Shown: positions 54,510 through 64,000 of the stretch, piece by piece
Layout: each line of letters opens with the position of its first letter
How positions within the stretch are numbered: the first letter of the stretch is position 1
NCBI GenBank assembly: GCA_905331295.1
Contig: CAJNYD010000185.1
Coordinates: 1 to 64,000 of the forward strand
DNA length: 64,000 bases
Direction: 5' to 3'
From: Rotaria socialis
Taxonomy: Eukaryota
The notes under the pieces: model-generated
The model's database searches: none
The model's input: only the letters and a program-made list of their open reading frames with translations
Told to the model about the DNA's origin: nothing
Made by a program: the position numbers and the translations under genes

Positions 54510-55822
54510 TCGGGTGGCCCATAAAGAATGAGGGTTGTAGTATTTCATGGATATCTCGGAAACTATCCGCAATTTACCAATACTTTTTTCCCAATTGAAA
54601 GAGAATTTTCTTCTCTACAAATTCATAAGTAAACATTTTGTGCCATTGTACAATTTTCTGGTGCGAAAGTATGAAGAGTAAAGAGCTCCAAAACATAGTA
54701 CTTTCAAAATATAAAGCTGGACAATCTTGTATTATGATCCATGAGGATCTTCATGGTTCAGTAGGCTTATCAACCGTCGAAAGGTGGTGCAAAATGGTTC
54801 GAGACACCGGCCGGATTACTTTATTGAGATCACTGGGTCGTCCAACAACAGTAAGAACTGCAGCAAACATACAGAAGGTAAAAAAGCGACATGATCGATT
54901 ACGAATTTTTTCGTGCCGTAAAATTGCACGTGATTTGAGAATATCTCGTACAAGTGCTCAGAGAATTCTCAAAGATGATCTAACACTAAAATCTTTCAAG
55001 AAAAAAGCCCAGCCAAAAACTTCTGAAGCCCAAAAAGCAAAAAGATTAAAATTTGCAAATTGGATACGAACGAACTTTCGCAAAGAGGACACTTCGAGAT
55101 TTTTGTTTTCTGACGAAAAAATGTTCGACAGTGATAGAGTTTATTAACTTCCAAAACGAGAGAATCTGGGCGCCAAGTCGTGCTGATGCTGATGTGAAAG
55201 GTGGTATCAGACAGGTACAGAAGTTTCCTAAAAACGTTATGGTCTGGCTGGGAGCATGTTCCAAAGGGGTGTCCCCTTTGGTGTTTTTTAAAAACGGAAC
55301 AGTTGATCATGAGTGGTACATACAAGAAGTACTCCCTGTGGTTCTGAAATTCGGGAACGACATGTTCGCCGACAACTGGACTTTTCAACAAGATGAAGGA
55401 AGGCCGCATATTCACCGAAAAACTCAAGATTGGTGTCGAACTCATTTATCATGTTTCATTGACAAAGACCATTGGCCTCCAAATAGTCCTGATCTAAATC
55501 CCCTGGATTATTGTATTTGGGATGAATTTGCCGGTGCTATCAACTGGGATCTCGTGACATCCAAGGCGGCTCTTATCCATGAACTGAAACGTAGTGTGAA
55601 GAAAATCCGCCCTGAAGTTGTTTTTGAAAGTTGTGCATCTTGGACGAATCGATTGTATCGATTGAAACCAGCTAATGGCAACTGTTTAAATAAATAAATT
55701 TAGACCATTTTTGTAGAGAAAAAAATTCTCTATTAAACGAAAAAAAGAGAACAGAAAAATATGAAAAATTGATTAAGATATTGAAGAAACAGTGAAACCC
55801 TCATTCTTTATGGGCCACCGGA
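54510..55822 (+). mobile_element. Tc1/mariner superfamily DD37D (maT) DNA transposon, 1313 bp
   Basis: The 27-bp TIRs are TCGGGTGGCCCATAAAGAATGAGGGTT and AACCCTCATTCTTTATGGGCCACCGGA (1 mismatch). TA dinucleotides flank both ends (54508-54509, 55823-55824). A transposase lies inside. Confidence 0.95.
54671..55697 (+). pseudogene. DD37D transposase with a single +1 frameshift near 55145
   Basis: The N-terminus is HTH-like, followed by FSDEK, VMVWLG, FQQD and WPPNSPDLNPLDY. I count 37 residues between the second and third Asp. The two ORFs 54638-55147 and 55053-55697 join if one T is removed from GTTTATTAACTTC. Confidence 0.88.
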
Positions 55823-55997
55823 TAGATTGTTATGAAAAGTCATACTTCGAAATTTTCCAAAAATAAATGATTCACGAGTTAATAAAATACCGCATCATAG
55901 CGATTATGATTGCGACAATAAAAAAACACAAATAATAATATAATTTATTCAAAATTTCCTATTATTGTACGGTATAATTATTTCTATGAGTATGATT

Positions 55998-57928
55998 TCA
56001 AAGATATATTCGCATGTAACCTTCAATGACATGACGGCAAATAGGGCAAGAGCGCAGAGAATGACCGCAAGGCACACATGTAGATAGGTGACCGCATGGC
56101 ATGCTTGCAAGACATCTTGCTTCCTCTAAGCACAACACGCACAGATTAACCGATGTTTGATTATTTTCCTGGCTACGATTAGAGTGACCATTTTCTTGAG
56201 ATTTATTCTCTTGTGGGTCCTCTTTAATCGGATTGAAAAATCCAGAATTGACATTTTTTCGAATTGATTCTGATGATGAGGTTGGTATTTCAACATCACT
56301 TTTGGCTGATGGATTACTACAAAATCGCTGTGATGCTGGTTTTTTATGCGCATGAGCTTCTAAAATAGTATCTATACAAATATCTTCATTTATTTTACTA
56401 CTTCATTAATTACCTAGTTGCTCTGCCTCTCGAATCTTTTCCATAACTATGCATGGTACGAGTATGTTTTCCTTCTTGCCACCTATATGTTTTATTTGTT
56501 TTTGAAGAATTATACAAGCCATTAATAGATCACTATCACTCATAAAATCTTCATCTAAAATCAATGTAAACGTGTAGTTTTACTGTCACTTGAAACAAAA
56601 TAAAAAAATTGCCTACCTACGTTTCAATCGAAGTTGGTCTTCCCAACATCTTTTGATAATTGACAGTTTGAAATTTTGATTTAGAAGCCTTTGTGATATC
56701 GGCAAATCGAGGCGTGCAGCGACGAGCCGTGGCAAAGTACTCTCATCTGGTATCAACAAACATTGTTTGCTTGAGTTTAGAGAATTCATTGATGACCCAT
56801 TGGTTGCATCATTCGCTCTCGCTTTCTCTAAAATAAAGTCTATCATTTTCACTTTTGCCAAATAAGATACAAGAAAATACCTTGCTGAATTCGTGTCGAC
56901 TCTCGAATCTTTCGATACAACTCAACACCACACAACTGTTCTGCATAGGCACAGCATGGAAACCAGCGTGCATGCTCAATTGTGGGATTGTCATTCGGAC
57001 CCCAGTTTTGAAGAGATTCATTACAATAGAAACAAGTCACAATATTTGCATTACCAGTATAAAAGAATCCAGCTCTCACTAGATCGTCTACAGATGGTGA
57101 ATCTGTATTCGACCAAGTTTCAAACGATGCATGTCGTTGTGTGATTTCCATGTAAGGTGAATTGCAAGCCTTCACATGAACTATGGGATTCGATCGAAGG
57201 AGATCTGCTCTACTGGAGGCTAGTGACTGATCAGTACCACGCTGTTCGTTGATGACTAAAATAGCTGCTGTTTGAGGACGAGCTAACATAGCAATAACAT
57301 AAGGACACTTGGGCGAAAGTGTTCTATGAATTTCACATGGTGTATGACTATTTTGAGTCCATTGCTGACAAATAATATTACAATAAATGCAAATGACACG
57401 ATCGCTAATATTACAACTGAAAAATCCGGCTTCGATCATTTCTGAACTAGTAGGTGATAATTGATGAGGCCAATGTGAAAAAGTACGTTGTCGTACTTGT
57501 TTTGTAATCTCGGCCTCGCATAGTGTGTAGCTTTGTTTGTCAACAGTATTTTTGTTGATTTCATGGCTTGGTACTGATTCACAAGCATCGTTTGTTTTTT
57601 TGTGAGATACTCGTGATAGCACAAATGGACAAGTTGGACTTCGTTTAGCATGAATATCCATTGGTTCCGTGTCCAGTTTTGATGTCGACACCTGAATACC
57701 ACATAATTGGCAATGAGCGTCATCAGTGTCATTGGAACACTGTAATCCAGCTAAGGTGATAACTACATCAGAGTAAGATCCTCGTCTTCCACTCCACTTT
57801 TGGCTTATTTCTCTGAATTTTCCCATCAGATCACCCCAATCTATTACAGACCGCTGTTCGCAGCTATTATTTTCCCTTGTTTGATATCGATTATCGATGT
57901 ACGATTCATTCGTTTTTGAAGATTGCAT
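55998..57928 (-). CDS. Inhibitor of apoptosis (IAP/BIRC) protein: one degenerate BIR, two BIRs and a C-terminal RING; 4 exons
   Basis: The BIRs are RQRTFSHWP...AGFF...DRVICIYC...EIHRTLSPKCPY and RHASFETW...LVRAGFFYTG...VTCFYC...EHARWFPCCAY, with a degenerate CQLC...IHAKRSPTCPF upstream. The spliced last exon encodes CVLCLEEARCLASMPCGHLSTCVPCGHSLRSCPICRHVIEGYMRIYL*, with TGA at 55998-56000. The start codon is uncertain. Confidence 0.93.
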
Positions 57929-60900
57929 TTTGCCTATTTTTATAAATAACTAAGAACATTTATTAACATTTATATTAATATAAGGTTATTTCAGTATTCG
58001 TAGGTGGGTATTTTCCAACCTGAGTGCTTAGTATAAGCAGGAATTTTTCGAAATTTCTTGCTAATTTCCGCGTTTTGGGAGAGGGTAGCCGAGACTTTGT
58101 TAGATTATTTCTTTTCTAAAGGATAGCTATGAACCATTTAGAACAATGCCTAGTAAAAGATTCAGATTTTTATCTTTTTTAGTTAATAGTAACAAGTAAT
58201 ATTCAATATCGATCGTTTGTCAAATAATCAATATTTCTTCTAAACTTTTATTGATTTCAAACTAAATAGATAAATTCAAATGTACATTCATAGAAAACTA
58301 TAAGCATTTCAAGTAAACAATAAATAGTCACACTGCATTAGCTGATTCTCTTACTTTCATTCGTGCCGTGTATTAGATATACAACTTCGAGAGAGTGTTT
58401 TATTCCGTTATTGGATTTTAAAAAATTCAGGGTATCCATGCAAACTCATGAGTATTATATTTCGACTGGCAACTATATTATTTATGGTAATACCAATAAC
58501 TCACCGCGTCAGAGATGCAAAATGGACGAGACTATCTTTGATATTGCCAACTACAACAAAATGATCATTGGTTTTAATATCCCCTTGGAATGACCTTATA
58601 AACAATATCGATGTAAATTTCCAATGCATCATGTTGGCCTACAGCAGGGGTTAATTCTTAAGAGCTGTTTCAGTTGCTTTTGGGATCTTTCCTATGAAAT
58701 TGATTATTTATCATAATTATCCAACTGCGTTTAATGTAAACACACGAAATTTCCAAGTCAGTAATTGTAAAATAACAGACAGGCGTAACCTGGGTAATAA
58801 TAAATCAAAGAAAGAGGAACGAACCATGACAGTGAAAATAAACATTGAGAGAAACGCACGTTGAAAATAATGTTTTCGATGGTTATTGAGCTTGGCTTCG
58901 TTTAGTTTTGTTATTCACTCTTCTTATAGTTGCAATTTTTGAACATGACTTATGAGCAGTTGTTTTTCAGTAGGTATTCATAATTTATATGAGTTCTGAG
59001 CTTGTTTCTTCTAATATAATAAAAATATTTCAAAACTCTTCTTATTTAAAACATTCTCATCTGAATTCGTTCTTAATTAAAATAGGAAAAGCAATCATTA
59101 TGATCTCATAATACTTATTTTTGAAAATTTGAAATTCATACAATTTCGTATTTTATAACTTCCATGCATGCAAAACTATATTAATTTCGTTATAGGCTCG
59201 TCTACTTTTAATGGACCATGTAGTCTAGATTCAATTTTTCAATCGTAAAAAATTTACATGTAAACATGAATAAGAAATCTAAGAATGACCTATCATCGTA
59301 ATATAGATACCAATACAATCGAATACAACATTATTATAGCAAAAGCAAAATGAGTAACTGATAAAAAATGTAGATAGAGACTGTATAAATACTCATTATA
59401 TATCATATGATTTAGAAAAGAAGCGGATCATTGCTTCATGTTATAAACTTTTGATGAATGCACATATAGTTTTGACTTTTGTTTCTAGAAACAGTTCTGA
59501 TGAAAAATATTTATAACGATTAAGCAATAAACCAAGTAAATATAATGATCATATATATAAATGTCCACTAAAGCTATTCTAGAGTAGGTATGTGTTAAAA
59601 GGTATGGCGAATATATGATGAATCATATAGATACCTTTATTTATCGTACATTTCTATATTTTGTATGTACAAAAACATACTAATATGAAGGAAGAGTGTA
59701 TGCATCTAGGAGAAAATACAGCGTTAGATCAATTGATTAAATAATGAGAGAACGTGCATTGATGTATTTCATTGACTCAATTTTCAATATATAATAATAC
59801 AAGCATTACATTTTTGTTGACTTTGAGCTAACTGAGTTGCGATTTCTATAGATTTTCGAGTCGATGTACGAATACCATTGTAAAGCCTATTGCCAATAGG
59901 TTTGATGGATCCGAGGATTGAAAATTAAAAAAAAAGTGTATATTTTTCTCATTCACTGAATTCGGCTATATATATTTTGAAAACTACGTCATTTTATGCC
60001 AGTCACCGTTGGAAAAATAATTATCAAACTTATCTATGATAACACAGGAACCATGTGATTGATTCTATTCTAAAAATGCAACACTAGGCAAATCAAATTA
60101 AATTAAATATGAGTTTTAACACGAGAAAAAGGTACTATCTTAAAGGAATTCTGAATATTAGAATGTCTGCTGATAATAATTTCTAAGTAGTTATATTTTT
60201 TTAATTGTAAAATATTCATTTGTTGTAATCTTGTGTTTTCGTTCGAGTTAAACTTCATTATAGATAAAAATTTTAAAATTCTATATTATGAATATAAATA
60301 AATTCAAGTTTTGTGCATGAAATTTTTAGAAAAATGCGTCTATTTTTGATATAGCCGAAACTTTTTTCTATCGACAATTTTTTTTAATGTAGTCTACCTC
60401 TTATTTGCATATGACACCGTCAATATGGACTTCCGTCGCTGAGACAAAGGAATCAAGAATCAAAAAGGAAGAGAAAATATAAAAGATGAAATTATGTGTA
60501 ATATATTTGTCGTAGGACACTTGTTAAAATATTTGACAAGTTTTCTAACTATGTTGGCTGATATTTGCTAATGTTTTACTGCATACTTGCTGTCATCATC
60601 CTTTTAATAGCATTTTGCATACTAGTCGTCAAAGATTAGTCATTTATTTTGTGTTATCATTGATTTTGGCCAAATATGACAAGCGGCCATCATTTTCGAA
60701 CGTTCGAGCTCAAATTTTGAGATAAGATATGAAACAAAAAATAATGAAAATTAAAAACAATGTATCCCTGATACTCGTTTTGTCTTTATCAATGCAGAAA
60801 AAAAAAATATTTACTCAAAAAAAGAATGTTGTCAGAAGAAAAAAAATGTACATAGCATTTTTTTCGTTTGAGTAAATATGTTTACATTTTTTCTTGCGCA

Positions 60901-62989
60901 AAATTTCCAACATGAGTGTTGAATATAGGCCACAAGATAATGAAGCACGTAAATGTGCCTAGTTATTTTAAGTAGCTGACTGATAGCATTTTTGTGTGAC
61001 CAATTTCTTCAATTGAGTATCATGAGTGCTAGTGGAAATAGTAAAAGCTTTTCTCAGCAAAACATTTCGCTTGCAAAATTCATCGAAATCCTCGACTAAA
61101 ACGAAAAGCAAGGAATAAAACTGTTATGCAACCATTGCATGTTGTATATTTTTCACCATATTCGAGGCCACGTTACATGATAGGTTTCTGTATAAGTAGC
61201 GCTTCATTGAATCACCCATTTCAAATTTTTTCGAACTTGAGAAAAAAAGAAAAATGCCCTTCGAACTATTTTTACTCAACCTATTGCAATGCATAAAAAA
61301 AACAACATTTAATTGCTTGATAAGAAATTTTTTAATGGTTTCTGTTGTGATGGTTCTTCTTTGAATTTCGCCATAGAATTTTTGTGAGAGCCTTCATAAT
61401 GTATTTTACCTTGGCAAAAAAAACATGTGACAAACAACGCAATTAGCACTATTGGTGACGGTTGTTTTTATTTGAGCAAAAGGTAGGCAATTTGAGAAGT
61501 ATCCTTGGGTATATTCCTAGGAAAGCATTTATTTCAAGTTTGATTTAAAAAAACATGAAAAATCATGAGAATTTGACTTAAAGCTGCAAGAAATATCAGA
61601 CTTTTATATTACGAAAAAGTAAAATAATACTCAATTCATCCTTATGACCTCGATAGTAAATATTTTTTTATCATGATTCTTTTCTTTTTATGGACGCAAA
61701 TCAGAAATTTATATTTTCACTACTTTTTTCCGTTCGTCAAATTAATAAAATCATTAAATTCACTAAAACTGAAGTGTACTTCCTTTGAGAGAATATAAAT
61801 GTGACTATATAACAGAAATATCGGATGATGGCAGAAAATGAGTGAATACAAGACAATATTCATTCGAACAATAATAGCTTATGTGTCGGTACTTCAACTC
61901 AAGAAAGGTAGATTAGGACTTGATGATTGTTACAATGGACGTGATGCCAAGGCAAAGAGACTGTACCGCATGTAATAAAGCGTTCACCAACATTTATCGA
62001 TGCGTCAAATGTTGAAGCATTCAATGAACGATAGTGGAATAGTTTTTATCGAATGATTCCTATCTGAATGACTAGGAATAATTTTAAAAAACGTCTCTTG
62101 AAATACTGACGACTATTCATATTTTTAAATAAATGAAATATTTTTCTCTTTGGATTACCATATTAGAGCTGATATAGATTATTAAGTGAATATAAGTTTT
62201 TGAATATTGAGTTGCTTGTAGGCTTTCAACTTCCTCAATAAGACATTCATTGAAACGTTTATAATATGTACCTATATGTATTTTACGTCATTAGTATACG
62301 GAAAAAATATTCGAACTTGGAACTTGTAGAACCGATTTCCAATGAATTCTATTTACATAAGACTTCTATGGCGTAGTCCTTATTTTGCTCTCCCATTCTA
62401 TATTATTTGCGTTGTTAGTTAACAATTACCTTGATACCCTTATTGCTCTTTGTAGCAATGATTTTGATTGCAGTACATTTTTTTTTCTGTTCTATATTAA
62501 CATTTTGTCGCTTTCTTGATGCTTACTTGGTTTTTACCCACTTGCATGACCTATAAATGCAGCTGTTTGTTATTTATTTCAGATAAGACGTGCTTGGAAA
62601 TTTCCAACAAACCTTCATATAAAGTACCTGGTTTTTTCCATTCAATTAACCATCAATATGTTTTGTCAATAAAAACTAGGATGTATTGGAAATTCCTTTA
62701 CAGCCAATATGTATGTATATATATACAGTGCTATTCACAAATATAGAATCGCTGTGGAATTCAGTTTTCTTTTAATTTTTTTTCTTCTCCATATCACGTT
62801 TTCTACTCAAACCTACTCTATAAAATAGTTTTCGATGTGTTCTTTCAGAACCTACCGCGGTAGATTCTAAAAGAGCATATCGAAAGCTATTGTAAAGAGT
62901 AGGTTTAAGCAGAAAAGCGATATGGGGAAGGAAAAAAATTAAAAAGAAAACTGAACTCGAGAGTGATTCTATATTTGTGAACAGCACTG

Positions 62990-63168
62990 TATGTCGCAGG
63001 ACAGGTTAAAATTCAGTTCAGATTAAAATCGATTGAAATAATTTTGATCTGAACTAGTTCGCTTTAAAATTAAACAAAGAAGATTTTAAACTGAACTATT
63101 ATAGTTCAGGTTAAAATTATTTCAATCGATTTTAATCTGAACTGAATTTTAATCTGTCCTACAACATA
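62990..63168. mobile_element. Foldback-type MITE / long inverted repeat (~67-bp arms)
   Basis: The arm TATGTCGCAGGACAGGTTAAAATTCAGTTCAGATTAAAATCGATTGAAATAATTTTGATCTGAACTA recurs inverted with about 5 mismatches. Internal CTGAACT motifs are present, and the element adjoins a (TA)n tract. Confidence 0.75.
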
Positions 63169-63357
63169 TACATATATATATATATAATTGTATGCTGCCA
63201 AACGATTATTCGATGCATTCGTGTTAGCAATAGAAAAGTAAGATATCAGTTTAAATAGGTACGTATGTCGCATATATTGGAAAGTTAAACTAAAACTAGA
63301 ACTGTTCTGTCACGTATTACGAAATACGTAATAGATACTTGTGAGCTCAAGGTCACT

Positions 63358-63661
63358 ACCCACCCAGGTCAATGATTCCGGAGGACGGATACTGTAGGAG
63401 CCGGCCAGAAAGATGCGGAAAAATCACCGTATCTGGTCGGAAAGCGCTGGAAAGTGGAAGTAGTATTCTGGTCAGCAGTTGCCGGATATTTTCGATGTAT
63501 TCCGGTCAACTTCCAGCGGGAAATCACAGGAAACTTGGCAGGAATTCACAGGAAAATAATCCGGCTATTTCCGACCGGAATACCGCTTCCACTTTCCAGC
63601 GCTTTCCCGTGCTTTCCGGTCGTTTCCCGCCGTACCTCCACGACTAGGGACTGGATAGGGG
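63358..63661. repeat. GC-rich interspersed repeat / MITE-like element with CCGGA(A)-type internal motifs
   Basis: This is an abrupt GC-rich island with many CCGG/CGGAA/TTCCG motifs, GGAA-oriented on the left and TTCC-oriented on the right. The ends are loosely inverted (CCCACCCAGG...GGAGG / CCTCC...CTGGATAGGGG). Confidence 0.5.
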
Positions 63662-64000
63662 TGAAGTAGCTTACCGCCACTCTCGACAATGATGTTTATT
63701 TGCTTCTTCACATATCCAGAGTGTAACAACTTCATACATAACACCCGTATATATATAGGATAGAGATATATTAGAACAATGAAAAAGAGAACAGGAAGAG
63801 AAGGAAGGCGAATTATCGAAGCGTGCCATCAATATCGCACAATATCCTTTGGAACTATTTGGCTACGTGGTCAAAGCGATGGGCGATGTTAATGCTTAAC
63901 TTGAAGAAAAAATTGGCTAAGTGACCAGTTTGAAAAAAGGTAAATAACGCACAGAGATCCCTAGTCAACTCTCCCTAGAAGAATCCCCAGGGAGTCCCCT

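Noticed and set aside
58363..62900. Short ORFs and possible transposon remnants in the gene-poor tail
   Set aside because: I could not support any protein motif, paired termini or splice-consistent gene model.
63372..63669. 91-aa and 71-aa ORFs
   Set aside because: They are open only because the underlying repeat is GC-rich, and they show no protein family features.
1..64000. CRISPR array, rRNA or telomeric repeats
   Set aside because: I saw no regularly spaced direct repeats, rRNA-like sequence or tandem telomere motif.

Overview
AT-rich eukaryotic DNA with many short GT-AG introns, metazoan core genes and foreign-looking genes. This is most consistent with a bdelloid rotifer, which is an inference rather than a database result. 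The left half (1-41 kb) holds tRNA-Trp, alpha-spectrin (apparently missing one spectrin repeat), the adjacent ciliopathy orthologues CPLANE1 and SDCCAG8, an NHL-less nhl-1-like RING/B-box/coiled-coil gene, and a Cys-loop receptor subunit with an anion-type PAK pore motif, Ser at 9' and a shortened loop C. The right half (41-64 kb) is gene-sparse and rich in mobile elements. It holds an intact, intron-containing homologue of phage T4 RNA ligase 1 (Rnl1, a tRNA-repair ligase), a LITAF gene, an intronless fungal-type PhyH dioxygenase, a frameshifted DD37D (maT) transposon, a BIR-RING IAP gene and several MITE/Helentron-like elements. The strongest candidate for a novel system is the domesticated phage-type RNA-repair ligase in this putative defence/stress cluster. 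All homology calls come from motif recognition by eye; no searches were run.
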